The position numbers were made by a program, and so were the translations under genes. From an uncultured Actinomycetes bacterium (GTDB lineage Bacteria; Actinomycetota; Thermoleophilia; Gaiellales; Gaiellaceae), in NCBI GenBank assembly GCA_963835965.1, contig CAWIHQ010000004.1, positions 151,921-215,920 on the forward strand: a DNA stretch of 64,000 nucleotides. Reading direction: 5' to 3'. Positions 51,889 to 62,333 of the stretch are shown one piece after another. Positions within the stretch are counted from its first letter, which is position 1. The number at the start of each line of letters is the position of its first letter. The notes under the pieces are model-generated. The model was not told the origin of the DNA and made no database searches. It was given only the letters and a program-made list of their open reading frames with translations.

Positions 51889-52638
51889 GTGCCTCAGTTC
51901 GCCGGGTTGCCCGGACGTGGCGTCGCATCGATCGAGGCTGGCAGCATTGCTTGGGTGCGAGTGCTCGAGGTGGAGTCGCAGTCTGGGTTGGCACGGGTCT
52001 ATCTGCATGCTGCCGATTCGCCGCGCGCCGGTTTGCTGCTTGGTCATGGCGCGGGGGGAGGGGCGGAGGCGCCTGACCTGGTAGCCGTGAGTGAGGTCGC
52101 GCAAGCGGAGGGTGTCAGTGTCGGCTTGGTGGAGCAGCCTTACCGAGTGGCTGGGCGACGCTCGCCTGCTTCCGCGGGCCACCTTGACGCCGCCTGGCTG
52201 GCGGTGGTTGTCCGGTTGCGCGAGCGGGAGCTGCGCGCCTTGCCGTTGCTGGTCGGTGGGCGTTCCTTGGGTGCCCGGGTCGCCTGTCGCACCGCCGCCG
52301 TAACGGACGCGGTCGCGGTGCTGTGTCTGGCCTTCCCGTTGCAGCCGCCGCGGCGCTCGGGGGCGGCTGCGGCGCCGAGCCGTCTTGCCGAACTGGACGC
52401 GGTGGCGGTGCCGACCCTCGTCGTGCAAGGAAGGCGCGACCCATTCGGGATCCCACCCGCGGGCAGAGACCGAACGGTGGTCGAGGTCCCGGGTGACCAC
52501 AGCCTCAAGGCGGACCTGGCGGCAGTGTCGGCCGCCGTCCAGCCCTGGCTGGTCGATCGTCTTACTGCGCTCGAATCGCAACCGGCCGTGCAGGCACGCA
52601 CCCGACCGGACACGGTGGCAGGCGATACGACCAGCTAA
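51889..52638 (+). CDS. Alpha/beta-fold hydrolase (COG3571/KANL3-like)
   Basis: GLLLGHGAGGG..APDL, LLVGGRSLGARVA (nucleophile elbow G-x-S-x-G), VVQGRRDPFG, GDHSL. Start uncertain (GTG 51889 or 51955). Confidence 0.65.
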   Translation: MPQFAGLPGRGVASIEAGSIAWVRVLEVESQSGLARVYLHAADSPRAGLLLGHGAGGGAEAPDLVAVSEVAQAEGVSVGLVEQPYRVAGRRSPASAGHLDAAWLAVVVRLRERELRALPLLVGGRSLGARVACRTAAVTDAVAVLCLAFPLQPPRRSGAAAAPSRLAELDAVAVPTLVVQGRRDPFGIPPAGRDRTVVEVPGDHSLKADLAAVSAAVQPWLVDRLTALESQPAVQARTRPDTVAGDTTS

Positions 52639-53393
52639 CGGCTGCGAAGACGAGCGAGCTCGCGCTGCGCTTTCTCGACCGCCGCCTGCGCCTTCTCCAG
52701 TTCCCGCCGCGTTTGCGTCCAGCGCCGCTGCGCCTGCCGCTCCTCCGCGGCCGCCGCCCTAAGCATCTCCTTTGCCTCCTGCAGCCGCGCCCGGGCAGCG
52801 CTGTCGTCCGGCCGGCCCGCCGCGGGAGTACGTCGGTTTGCGGGCCTCGCTTCCGCAGACGAGGGTTTCACTGGGGGCTCGTTTTTGGTTGGCGTGGCGG
52901 TCGCGCGTTTGGCGCTGGAAGTCTTGGCGGTTGTGGGTTCGGCGTGAGCGAGCAGGGTGCCGAATCCGGCCGGCTCCGGCTCGTGGACAAGCCGGGCCTG
53001 GAGAAGGTCGCGCGCAATGTCGTCGTCGACGGCAGCAGCCTGGAGCGTCGTCCGCACTGGCTCGCCGCCGAGGGCGACCAACTTGTCGAGTGCGACCCGC
53101 TCTGCCTGCGCGGCCGCGGCGGGGTCACCCTTGCCCGCCACCTGCGCGTCGCGCAGCCTGGCCGCCGCCTCCAGGAACGCCTCCACTTGGGCGCGGTGGC
53201 TGCGGACGAGCCGGTTCACCGCGCCGGCGGCGGCGGTCGGCTTGCGCAGCGCTTTCACCCGTTCTGCCTGCTCCCGATCCCCCGCCGTTCGCAGCTCACG
53301 CTCGGCCTGATTGCGCGCCTGCGTGAACTCCTCAGGCGGCAGCGCATACAGCCGATCGCTGATCTCGTCCGCGCTCACCTTGCTGATTTTCAC
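52635..53393 (-). CDS. Conserved-looking hypothetical protein (helical N-domain, low-complexity linker, coiled-coil C-terminus)
   Basis: 252-aa ORF. MKISKVSADEISDRLYALPPEEFTQARNQAE... Confidence 0.5.
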   Translation of the reverse strand: MKISKVSADEISDRLYALPPEEFTQARNQAERELRTAGDREQAERVKALRKPTAAAGAVNRLVRSHRAQVEAFLEAAARLRDAQVAGKGDPAAAAQAERVALDKLVALGGEPVRTTLQAAAVDDDIARDLLQARLVHEPEPAGFGTLLAHAEPTTAKTSSAKRATATPTKNEPPVKPSSAEARPANRRTPAAGRPDDSAARARLQEAKEMLRAAAAEERQAQRRWTQTRRELEKAQAAVEKAQRELARLRSR

Positions 53394-53683
53394 TCACCTC
53401 GCCGCGCGCCGTCGTACAAATAGAAGAGCCTGCGCGCGTGACTGGGACCGGTGTGCAGCGTCGACCGGTTCTTCATTGGCCGCTCATGACGGGCAAGAGT
53501 TCGTACGCTGTGGCGATGGCACGTCTTGATGCCGCCACCGGCGATGGGATCGCGCGGCTGGAGGAGGCGGGAGACCTGGGAGACCTTCTGTTGACCCACT
53601 TTGCCGTCCAGCTAGACAACGCGGCCGGCGCGACCGCCATGGCCGATCGCTGACTGCCGAGAGCGTGGCCACCTTGCGCGGCT

Positions 53684-54424
53684 CTAGGGGATCGTCTGCG
53701 TCTGCCCGCTTCTGAAGTGGACTTTGAACCCACGGACGGCCGCCGACCACTTGCCTACGTAGACCCAGACGTTGTCCTTGACCGGAACGGTCACTGTGAG
53801 GCGGCGGTTTGCCGGGAACGACACGGCAGTCGCACCGTCGAGAGTGATGCCCCAGCTGATGGCAGGCGATTCCCCATGCGGCCCTTTGAATGCCCGGAAG
53901 CTCTCAACGGTGCTCGGCACCTTCTGAGTCAGCGGTGACGTACATCCAAGGGAGTAGCCCCCGCGCTTCATGTTGCTGGCGAGGCGGGGCATTCGCTCCA
54001 TCACTACGCAGAGTTCGTCGCCGGTGGCCGCAACGGCAAAAACGCGTGCCCCGTCCGGGAGCTGCCTGACTAGACGCGAGGTGTCAGGCTCCAGCAGGCC
54101 TCGTCTGCTGTGCGTTAGCCGCGCTCGCTGCTTGTTGTCGAAGCGAATTGACGCAACGACGGCCGGGTCGAGTCTGTCGGCTGCGGTGCGCGGATGCTGG
54201 GCGGCTTTGATCCCGTGAAACGCACCGACGCTCGCAGCGATTGCTACGCCCACGCCGACTAGCGCGCCAACGGCCACTGCGGCGACGAACACTCGCCGCA
54301 ACGGCCGACGAGCGGTCACGGAACCGGCGCGACGCAGCACATCACTCCAATCTGCACGACCGCGATCCGGCAGCGGGAGCATCCGCCCCAGCTCGGAAGC
54401 GATCAGCGGCTCCACGTCGATCAT
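53684..54424 (-). CDS. Single-pass membrane protein downstream of an ECF sigma gene (anti-sigma-like position)
   Basis: 4-nt overlap with the sigma gene. TM helix VFVAAVAVGALVGVGVAIAA after about 45 cytoplasmic residues. Confidence 0.55.
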   Translation of the reverse strand: MIDVEPLIASELGRMLPLPDRGRADWSDVLRRAGSVTARRPLRRVFVAAVAVGALVGVGVAIAASVGAFHGIKAAQHPRTAADRLDPAVVASIRFDNKQRARLTHSRRGLLEPDTSRLVRQLPDGARVFAVAATGDELCVVMERMPRLASNMKRGGYSLGCTSPLTQKVPSTVESFRAFKGPHGESPAISWGITLDGATAVSFPANRRLTVTVPVKDNVWVYVGKWSAAVRGFKVHFRSGQTQTIP

Positions 54425-54915
54425 CGCTCAACCTCCTCCAAAGATCGCCGAAGCGCTTGATGTGCCGAACTCAACGACGCCGACACCGTGCCCACCTCGA
54501 CACCGAGTGCCTCGGCGATTGCGCGGTAGTCAAGGTCGGCGTAGTAGCGCAGATAGACAGCAAGCCGTTGCCGCTCAGGCAGGGCCGCGACCCAAGCACG
54601 AACACCCGCCTCATCGGCGTTGCGCCCGTTCGCACTCCGGGCCTCGAACGCTTCGGGAACTTCGCGTCGGGCGACACGGCGACGTCGTGAAGCCAGAGCC
54701 GCGTTTACAACCATCCGCCACACCCAGCCCTCCACTGAGCCCTCATCCCGGAATGACCGCTGCACGCGTAGCGCCTGCGCAAACCCGTCCTGCACCGCGT
54801 CATGGCCTGCTGCTTCGTCGCCAAGGATCGCGGTCGCCACTCGGAGAAACTGTCGGTATCGTCGCCGATAGACCGCCTCGAGTTCGGGCGTGAGCGGAGC
54901 GCTTCGTGTCATCAC
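54421..54915 (-). CDS. ECF-type RNA polymerase sigma factor (sigma-70 regions 2 and 4)
   Basis: DAVQDGFAQAL..., EGWVWRMVVNAAL, LPERQRLAVYLRYYADLDYRAIAEALGVEVGTVSASLSSAHQAL. Confidence 0.85.
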   Translation of the reverse strand: MMTRSAPLTPELEAVYRRRYRQFLRVATAILGDEAAGHDAVQDGFAQALRVQRSFRDEGSVEGWVWRMVVNAALASRRRRVARREVPEAFEARSANGRNADEAGVRAWVAALPERQRLAVYLRYYADLDYRAIAEALGVEVGTVSASLSSAHQALRRSLEEVER

Positions 54916-55072
54916 CTAAACGATGCACCAGAGCCGGCAGTTTGTTTAGTCGCGCGTGTGCTTCGCGTTAGCGACGTGCTCGCTAGCCCAAACCACAGAC
55001 GAGCTGTGGCGCCAGAGGTCGACTGCCCGGGTTGCGCTGGCCCGGCGATCGCAGCCGACATCAGCAGCTAGC

Positions 55073-55549
55073 TCAGCCTCGTCGTTGCGGTGGTGCGACC
55101 AGGTAGTCGAACCGGACCGCGCCAGCTGGCCCGGCGAGCTTGACGAGACGCACATGCCAGGTGGCCTTGGGCATGGGACACCACTCTTCGGCTTGGTTGC
55201 AGATCTCGTACGGCCCTTTGTGTCGGCAGGAGAGAGATGCGTCGCGGCCTCGTTGGTCGGACCAGCTGATCACGCCTGCACCGGCGAGGTGGGGGATCGA
55301 GGCGTAAGCAGTCACGCGCACACCGCGGCGGACGGTGAGCCGGTTGATGAGGATGACGCCGCTTCGCTCGCGAAGCGTGAAAGTGCGCGACGCTCGTCCG
55401 GCTGGCAGCTGAAATGTCCGCGCGGTTTCGAAGCCCCGTGTGGCGGTACGCGCCCGATTTGGCGCAGTCGCGCCAGACGGCTGCACGGCGAATAGAGCAG
55501 CTACTCCTGCGATCACGGCGCAACCGAAACTCAACCGTCGCAACGCCAC
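55073..55549 (-). CDS. Secreted hypothetical protein
   Basis: GTG 55549 chosen. Signal-like LRRLSFGCAVIAGVAALFAV, then a beta-rich region with Cys residues. Confidence 0.45.
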   Translation of the reverse strand: MALRRLSFGCAVIAGVAALFAVQPSGATAPNRARTATRGFETARTFQLPAGRASRTFTLRERSGVILINRLTVRRGVRVTAYASIPHLAGAGVISWSDQRGRDASLSCRHKGPYEICNQAEEWCPMPKATWHVRLVKLAGPAGAVRFDYLVAPPQRRG

Positions 55550-55641
55550 CAACAGTGATACGGGAGGCAGGGCGTTAGAAGTCCCGCGGATCTCGGCGCG
55601 CTCCGGGACCGTTTTCCGGGACGGCGGCGTAATCCGGGTGG

Positions 55642-56649
55642 ATGCTTCGCTGGGCCACCTCCATTGTCGGCGCGTTCCTCCTCGTCGTCGCCGCCGCCCC
55701 GGCATCGCAGGGACGCGACCTGGGGCTGGCGCTCCGGCTTGGCGGAACACCCTTGCAACTGCTGGCGGCTCGTGGCTCGCTCTGGGTCCTGACCTGCGAT
55801 CGCGGCTGCACGGGAGAAGCTCGTCACTCGATCGGTCGCATCATCCGCATCGATCCACGGAACGCACGAGTTGTCGCTTCGGCCAAGATTCCGCGACCGG
55901 ACACCGTTGCAGTCGGGGCGGGTGGCCTTTACGCGACCGACTTCGAGCACGGCACGATTCGCCGACTCGATCTCCACACGCTGGCGGTCGTCGGCGCGCT
56001 CAAGCTCAAGCTTCCGTTTCGATTCTCAGCGCGCGATAACGCCTTTCTCCCAGAGGCGGTTGCGGTGGGACGAGACGCCGTCTGGGTCGTCAGCGACCGC
56101 GGCGCGGTCGTTCGCGCAGACCTGCGGCTGCACCGTGCCGTGGCGAGCCTGCGCATGCCCCCGGACGCGTTCGGCGACCCGGTTGGCGGAATAGCAGCGG
56201 ACACGGGTGGCGCCTGGTCGGCGGAGAGTTTGGCCGGTGTTTATCGCGTCGACCAGCGAGCGAATCGGATCAGCGCCAAGATTCGCGTGCCGTTGGCGAC
56301 GGGCCGGTTTGACGCAGTGCAGGTCTTCCCGCTGGCCGGTCAGGTCCTAGTTCTCGGCGTCAAGACGTCCGGGGGCGCGCTCACGCAACGCAACCTGCTC
56401 GCTCGGATCGACGCGAACCACAACCGGGTCGAAAGAATCACGTCTCTTCCGTCAGGCCGAGTGGTGGCCACAACCGGGGCCGGCTCGCTCTGGGTCGCAA
56501 GACTCGGAGGAGCAACCGTAGGGCGCGTAGACCCGCGTACCGGCCGGGTTGTCGCCCGCTTCCGAGCGCATGCCGGTACGGCGCTGGCAGTCTCGGGCGG
56601 TCACCTTTGGACGGTCTCGCCGCGCGGCGTGGTTCGCCAGGTGAGATGA
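55642..56649 (+). CDS. Secreted beta-propeller-like repeat protein
   Basis: Signal peptide MLRWATSIVGAFLLVVAAAPASQG. Recurring ..G.LWV../..VWVV.. strand motifs about every 40-50 aa. Confidence 0.55.
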   Translation: MLRWATSIVGAFLLVVAAAPASQGRDLGLALRLGGTPLQLLAARGSLWVLTCDRGCTGEARHSIGRIIRIDPRNARVVASAKIPRPDTVAVGAGGLYATDFEHGTIRRLDLHTLAVVGALKLKLPFRFSARDNAFLPEAVAVGRDAVWVVSDRGAVVRADLRLHRAVASLRMPPDAFGDPVGGIAADTGGAWSAESLAGVYRVDQRANRISAKIRVPLATGRFDAVQVFPLAGQVLVLGVKTSGGALTQRNLLARIDANHNRVERITSLPSGRVVATTGAGSLWVARLGGATVGRVDPRTGRVVARFRAHAGTALAVSGGHLWTVSPRGVVRQVR

Positions 56650-56742
56650 GCGACTGAACAGAACGGCGTCCTCGCCCGCGACAAGGTCGGTCTTACGCTC
56701 GGCGCTCGGGACTCCGTTCGAGCGGTCGCACGTAGGAGAGGC

Positions 56743-57924
56743 ATGCACCTCGATCGGTGGTTGGTCGTTCTCCTGCTCGCCGCCGTTCCGTTGCTCGCCG
56801 TCGCGGGCAGCTCCGCTGCTTCTCCTGCTGCGTCGTGCCGCTGGCGGACGGCTGCAGTGGAGGAGCCACACCAAAATCTGTTCAACGCCCTCAACTCGGT
56901 AACGGCAACGCGGTCCGGAAGGGCATGGGCGATCGGTAGCTACTACACGGGTAAGGAGGCAGGCCCGAGCGGCGCCTTCATCGAGGAGTGGATGGGGCGA
57001 CGCTGGCAGCTGGTGGGACGACCGTTGCCGAACGCCGACCTCTGGTCGGTATCGGCCTCCGACAACAACGACGCATGGGTGGTCGGCGACCATCTGGTCG
57101 AACACTGGACTGGATATACGTGGCGCAAGGTCAGGACGGCACGCGTTCCTGGCCGCAGCATCCTCCATGCGGTCGCCGCGGTTGGACCGCGGAACGCTTG
57201 GCTCGTGGGTTCGAAGTGGCAAGGTGCCGGAACCCGCGCCGAGACGCTCGTCGAGCACTGGAACGGAAGACGCTGGAGCGTCGTTCCGACACCGAATCCT
57301 CCCGTAGTTGCGTCGCGTCAAGATGCGGGCTTTGAAGCTGTGAGCGCTCGCTCCGCCTCGGATGTCTGGGCCGTCGGCTACGAGATCGTCGGCGGGCGAG
57401 GAGCCACCGTCCGCCACGGGAAGCCTGCCGCGGGGACGTTGATCGAGCACTGGAGCGGACAACGCTGGCAGATCGTGCCAAGTCCGAGCGTCCGTGCGGG
57501 CAACGGCGTTCTCAACGACAATCTCTTCTCAGTCTCGGCTGACCGTTCCAACGATGCCTGGGCGGCAGGCAGTTGGGGCAGCGGACACATCCTCGGTTAT
57601 GGCGGCGGCGGCGACCATGCCCTCGTTCTGCACTGGGATGGACAGAGCTGGTCTCGTGCCTCGCTGCCCAAGATTGCCAAGCGGAGTCTTCTTGGGGGTG
57701 TCGCGGCTCGGAATGGACGTGCCTGGGCGGTCGGTGACCAGGGTGAACAACCCCGACAATCGACGTTGGTCGAACGCTGGAATGGAACTGCGTGGGCCGA
57801 GTCGCAAAGCCCGAGCGGCTTCACGCTGGCAGCCATCTCGATCCCACGGCGTGGCGCTGGATGGGCAGTCGGTTCAGCTGGAAGGAAGCCGCTTGCCGCG
57901 CGACTCGTCTGCGGCCGCAGTTAA
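56743..57924 (+). CDS. Secreted beta-propeller-like protein with (V/I)EHW(N/S/T)G..W repeats
   Basis: Signal peptide. Repeats IEEWMGRRWQ, VEHWTGYTWR, VEHWNGRRWS, IEHWSGQRWQ, VLHWDGQSWS, VERWNGTAWA, each preceded by ..AW(A/V)VG. Confidence 0.65.
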   Translation: MHLDRWLVVLLLAAVPLLAVAGSSAASPAASCRWRTAAVEEPHQNLFNALNSVTATRSGRAWAIGSYYTGKEAGPSGAFIEEWMGRRWQLVGRPLPNADLWSVSASDNNDAWVVGDHLVEHWTGYTWRKVRTARVPGRSILHAVAAVGPRNAWLVGSKWQGAGTRAETLVEHWNGRRWSVVPTPNPPVVASRQDAGFEAVSARSASDVWAVGYEIVGGRGATVRHGKPAAGTLIEHWSGQRWQIVPSPSVRAGNGVLNDNLFSVSADRSNDAWAAGSWGSGHILGYGGGGDHALVLHWDGQSWSRASLPKIAKRSLLGGVAARNGRAWAVGDQGEQPRQSTLVERWNGTAWAESQSPSGFTLAAISIPRRGAGWAVGSAGRKPLAARLVCGRS

Positions 57925-57953
57925 ATCTCGGGCGCCAGCCTCGCGGCTGGCCG

Positions 57954-58724
57954 CTATCCGTGTGCGAGCGGGTAGGTGAGGCCCGGCCTCGCTGCAGTGA
58001 AGCCGTCTCCGTCGGGCATCCAGCCTGCGTTGGTGAGGCCCGAGTTGCTGCTTTTGGCATCGAGCTCGAAGAACCAAGGGCGCACGTTCGGAGGGTGGCC
58101 GATGCTCAAGATGATCCGCTGAAGCATGTCGGCTGCTGCAGCAGATCCAGCACCGGGATCAGCAGTCCGGAACACGAAGACGCACGTCCCGTTGATCCAG
58201 GGGAGCGTCTTCGCGGAGTCGAGCGTGAGCGAAGCTTGCCCGGCGGCAGCCGCCGTCGCCGCTGAGTCGCACGTTCCCGGCGCGAGCGGAGAAACGTTCG
58301 GATCACTCTCGATCGGGTCGCCCTTCAGCGACCACCCCAGGAGGGATCGACCATTGGTGTCTCGATAGCGAACGGTCGTAATCGGATGTTGCCCGTGCGC
58401 ACGCTGCCAGTCGGCGACAGCATGGCCGAGCACCTGAGCCTCGAACACCGCTTTGTTCTCGTACGTGTCAGCCGCTCCGACATCGCTCGGATGCGGAACC
58501 GAGAGCGTGACGATGAGGAGCAACCCTTCGACGGAGGCAGAGACGATCCGCCGGTCGCCGAAGCTCCGCTGCACCTGCGCGACAACAGCATCAACATCCT
58601 TCGCCCGCCTCAGCGAAGTCGGTAGGGCTGCGGCGCCGCCTCTACTAGCAACTCCGCCAACGATAGCCCCGGCGATCACCGCCGCGACGAGAGCCGCAGC
58701 GAGGACTCGGCGCCTTCTCGTCAT
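57954..58724 (-). CDS. Membrane-anchored hypothetical protein
   Basis: ATG 58724 chosen (MTRRRRVLAAALVAAVIAGAIVGGV TM/signal anchor). Confidence 0.5.
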   Translation of the reverse strand: MTRRRRVLAAALVAAVIAGAIVGGVASRGGAAALPTSLRRAKDVDAVVAQVQRSFGDRRIVSASVEGLLLIVTLSVPHPSDVGAADTYENKAVFEAQVLGHAVADWQRAHGQHPITTVRYRDTNGRSLLGWSLKGDPIESDPNVSPLAPGTCDSAATAAAAGQASLTLDSAKTLPWINGTCVFVFRTADPGAGSAAAADMLQRIILSIGHPPNVRPWFFELDAKSSNSGLTNAGWMPDGDGFTAARPGLTYPLAHG

Positions 58725-58773
58725 GCCGCGAAGGCGTGTCACTTCGAACTTCCGGACGGACTGGCTGAGAACT

Positions 58774-60063
58774 CTAGGCATGCCGTAGGAGCGCTGTGAG
58801 ACCGGGCCTCGCGGGCTGCACGGAATAGCCGCGAGGGTCGCGACTCAGAAAGCGGCGGGTATATGCGCAGAAGCTCGCGCGCACCTGGTAGCGCCGTTGA
58901 CGGACGTCCGCCGCTGGCGCGCCGATCAGCCGCGTCCAGACACGGCAGCTGCGGCCAGAGACCTGCGCGCAGATCAGATACGAACCGGAGCCAGAACCAC
59001 CCGCGAGCGCGTCGGGCGGCACTCGGGGGCTGCTCGCGGTTCCGCCACACAGGACTCGGGTGACTTGTGGCGCTGGCTTGGGTGAAGGGGCTTGTGGCGT
59101 CTGTCCGCGTGCGTGGACGGAGTTGATCAAGGCGGCGAGCGTCGCGCGGTCGACTTTCTTCGCATGCATTCCGACCCAGGCGATCGCCCAATAGCTCGCT
59201 CCGTTGACACGGAACCAGGCGCCCCATTGCTCGGGAGGCGGAGGTTTCTTTCCGGGAAGATTGAGCCCCTCGCCTGCCGCGTTGAACTGCCACAGCGACA
59301 ATCTGCGCTCACCGAGCTTCACGTTCGCCACCCCGTTATCTGCCGGCGGTCGATACAGCTCGAGCGCGACGCCCTTCGACGAGAAGTGAGCGCCCGACCC
59401 GCCGATCTCCGGCTGCGCCTTCAAGGGATAACTCGCGATCACGACGCCGCGATCGCAGCCGCCCTTGCGATCACCCGTGACCGCAAAGCTGCAGCTCGCG
59501 AATCGACGCACGTAATACCGCCGCGGATAAGTGAACTGGAGGCCGGACACGTGGCCGGAGGGATCGGTTCGCGCCGAGCCCGAGGCAGCTAGCGCTACCA
59601 CGGTAGGACCTCTGAGGTGAGAGATCGCGACCGGCCGGTTACCCAGACCGAAATCCGTCTGTCCCGTCTTCGACGACCAGACCTCCGTCGCGATCTTGCC
59701 TCGGGCAGGCTTCGCTTTGGCCGACGGACCAGTGCACCCACGGCAGACGAAATGACCGTGCAGGACGATCAGATAGAACCCCTTTCGCTCACTCGCGACC
59801 TTCTGCACCAAGTCGCCCGACGAGTCCTTCACGAGCAGATAACGGGAATCCGGCCCGTACACCTGCACGGTCTTCACCGAAGGATCTCCGAGCGATCTGG
59901 CTGCGCCTCGAGCTTCAGAAGCAAGCCGCTTCATGAGTGGAGCAGGCAGCGTCGCCGCGACTAGGCGGCGGGGACCGCCGGATGTCGCCCGATGGCTGCC
60001 ACCACAGGCGGACAGCACGAGCGTCGACGCCACGAGGATTGCTGCGCCAGCTAACGCCTTCAT
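58774..60063 (-). CDS. Putative lipoprotein
   Basis: MKALAGAAILVASTLVLSAC (lipobox LSAC). ATG at 60063. Confidence 0.6.
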   Translation of the reverse strand: MKALAGAAILVASTLVLSACGGSHRATSGGPRRLVAATLPAPLMKRLASEARGAARSLGDPSVKTVQVYGPDSRYLLVKDSSGDLVQKVASERKGFYLIVLHGHFVCRGCTGPSAKAKPARGKIATEVWSSKTGQTDFGLGNRPVAISHLRGPTVVALAASGSARTDPSGHVSGLQFTYPRRYYVRRFASCSFAVTGDRKGGCDRGVVIASYPLKAQPEIGGSGAHFSSKGVALELYRPPADNGVANVKLGERRLSLWQFNAAGEGLNLPGKKPPPPEQWGAWFRVNGASYWAIAWVGMHAKKVDRATLAALINSVHARGQTPQAPSPKPAPQVTRVLCGGTASSPRVPPDALAGGSGSGSYLICAQVSGRSCRVWTRLIGAPAADVRQRRYQVRASFCAYTRRFLSRDPRGYSVQPARPGLTALLRHA

Positions 60064-60367
60064 GTCACGGAAGATACGACGCCCGGCGCGCAAAACGTCA
60101 CGCTGCTACTGGATGGATGCCCTGCCTTGCGCTTTCCACGCGCGTAACGCGAACGCGAAGAGTGTCGTCTGCGATAGGGGATAACCGACTCGCCCTACAG
60201 GGCCTCACAGGGACCTGTCCGTGACTTGCTCCTAAGGTCGGTCCGCGGTCGCGCACGCTGGAGCGAGAGGAGTCAGTTCCCCCGTGACCCACGGAACCGA
60301 GAATGTCGGCGTAGACGAGCGGTGGTGGGGCCGGCCCCACCACCGCTGCATGCGCGGACGCATGGCC

Positions 60368-61630
60368 TCATCGTGTCTGGAGACGCTGCGTGAAGACAGG
60401 CTTGCCGCTCCGGCTCAGGCCCACAGTCGCCACGAGCCGTGCGCCCGCCTTGCGGTAGGCGGGGGGAATCTGATGGAGCAGGTGGCCGTCGACCGGTGTC
60501 AGCCGTTCGGTCCGGCCGTTCGCGTAGCGCAACTCGACCCTGGCAATGCCCGACCGCACTTCGGCCAAGTAGACGCCGCCGTTCCCGTAGACGCCGCCGT
60601 TGACCGCGGGCAGCTGCGCGAGCTCACGGGGCCTCCAGCAGCCGAATCCGCCGCCGGCTCCAGTTCCGAAGAGGTAGCAGGAGCCGCCACCCGCGCGGGG
60701 TATGACCCAGAGGTAAGCATGGGCGCCGCTCGTGGTTCGGAAGCTGAAGGGTTCGCGGGCCCGGGCCGCCTGCGCGCGGCGCGGCAACGAGTACTTCGTC
60801 CCGTCGGGCAGCGTCTGCAGGACGTCCTGGTCGAGCGGCTTCGTCACTCCGATGTCGTCCTGTCCAACGACCTTGCCGTTTCCGTCGAGAGCGACGACGG
60901 ACGACAAAGCGTTATCGGTCGTCTGATGAGCGGGCGGAACGACGTAGGCGAAGAAGCCCGCGTCGATCGGAGCCGAGACCCAGGTGACCGGAATGCTGAC
61001 ACTCGAGCCGTCGGCGAAGCGGGCTTCGACGGTCTGCGCCTCGCCGCGCACGTACCCATCGGTGAAGGTCGCGTAGTCGCCGGCGAGCCACTCGACGCCG
61101 AGCGGACGGGCCCCCGGATCAGTCGTGGCCGCCGCCGCATCCTCCGGGTCGGCGCAGCCGCCGCCGTAATCCGTCCAGAGGAAGCAGAAGCCCCCGTCCG
61201 TCCTCGCTGCGACGTAGAGCGTGTGCTCCGTCGGGTTCGTCGGAGCGGCGTTGTTCGCGTCGAAGCTCGCCGTCATCACCTCACGGGCCTGGCCCACCGT
61301 CGCGTTGGGGCTAACGCCGTGCGGCAGCGCGGCGTCGTGGGCCCGGAAGAACGCCTCGACGCTCTCCGGCGCCGGCCGCGCCTTGAAGAAGTCGACGAAG
61401 GCACCCGGCCAGCCGAATGCGGCGGCGGAGACCGTCAGCGCCACGACCGCAACCGCGCCGGCTAGCGCGAGGCCGATCGGCGCGCGCCCTCGCAGCGCGG
61501 TATCGCGCCGCCGAACCGGCGAGTGTGCGGCGCGGGCACGGGCGAGCACGTCCCTCCACTCGCCGTCGTCGATCTGATTCGCGACCGCGTCGAAGCGGGC
61601 TTGGATCATCTGATCGATCGTCTCGTTCAT
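60368..61630 (-). CDS. Single-pass membrane protein downstream of an ECF sigma gene (anti-sigma-like position), large extracytoplasmic domain
   Basis: 4-nt overlap with the sigma gene. TM IGLALAGAVAVVALTVSAAAF at about residue 50. Confidence 0.6.
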   Translation of the reverse strand: MNETIDQMIQARFDAVANQIDDGEWRDVLARARAAHSPVRRRDTALRGRAPIGLALAGAVAVVALTVSAAAFGWPGAFVDFFKARPAPESVEAFFRAHDAALPHGVSPNATVGQAREVMTASFDANNAAPTNPTEHTLYVAARTDGGFCFLWTDYGGGCADPEDAAAATTDPGARPLGVEWLAGDYATFTDGYVRGEAQTVEARFADGSSVSIPVTWVSAPIDAGFFAYVVPPAHQTTDNALSSVVALDGNGKVVGQDDIGVTKPLDQDVLQTLPDGTKYSLPRRAQAARAREPFSFRTTSGAHAYLWVIPRAGGGSCYLFGTGAGGGFGCWRPRELAQLPAVNGGVYGNGGVYLAEVRSGIARVELRYANGRTERLTPVDGHLLHQIPPAYRKAGARLVATVGLSRSGKPVFTQRLQTR

Positions 61631-62103
61631 GGTCGGACTCCTTCGTTGTCCAGGATCACAGCGAGCTCCTGCCTCGCCTGCGCCAGCGTCGCGGCGACGG
61701 TGCCGACGTCGAGCTCGAGCGCCTCCGCGATGGTCTGGTACGGCAGGTCGGCGAAGTAGCGCAGGAAGACGATGAGCCGACGGCGCGGCGGCAGCGCCCG
61801 CACCGCGGCGGTGAGCGTGAGATCGCGCTCCGGCTCGGCCAGCGTGGCTTCGACCTCGCCGAGCGGGACCTCACCTCCCGGCCGCGTCTGCTCGAGCGCG
61901 GTACGAAGCACGATCCGCCAGACCCAGCCCTCCAACGATCCCCGGCCGGAATACTGACCGCTCGAACGCAGCGCCCGCGCGAAACCCTCCTGCACCGCGT
62001 CACGCGCGGCCTCGTAGCTCCCCGCGACGGGCGCGACGCCGTTCCGGAACCGCACGTAGCGATCCCGGTAGAGGCGCTCGATCGCCACGGCCGTCTCGTC
62101 CAC
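61627..62103 (-). CDS. ECF-type RNA polymerase sigma factor (paralog of 54421-54915)
   Basis: DAVQEGFARAL, EGWVWRIVLRTAL, LPPRRRLIVFLRYFADLPYQTIAEALELDVGTVAATLAQARQEL. Confidence 0.85.
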   Translation of the reverse strand: MDETAVAIERLYRDRYVRFRNGVAPVAGSYEAARDAVQEGFARALRSSGQYSGRGSLEGWVWRIVLRTALEQTRPGGEVPLGEVEATLAEPERDLTLTAAVRALPPRRRLIVFLRYFADLPYQTIAEALELDVGTVAATLAQARQELAVILDNEGVRP

Positions 62104-62333
62104 TGTGAAGAAGAGGCTAGAACGCCGCCGTTTCTTTAGCGGCTCACTCGCCTGAGCCAGAGTTCCCGGAATGACTTTGAGCCGGTGCGCGTGAGACGAG
62201 CTCTTCTTAGCCGTACGCGGCCAGCATCACGAGCGGCGCCCGAACTTACGCGGCCGGCCGTCGCGATTCGAAGCGTGTAATGAAACGACCTCGCTTCGGG
62301 ATGTAGTAGTGAACCCCGGACGAGGAGGGCGCA

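Noticed and set aside
53486-53653. 55-aa ORF MTGKSSYAVAMARLDAATGDGIARLEEAGDLGDLLLTHFAVQLDNAAGATAMADR
   Set aside because: It has plausible composition, but no RBS, no recognisable family, and it is very short. Evidence is insufficient to list it as a feature.
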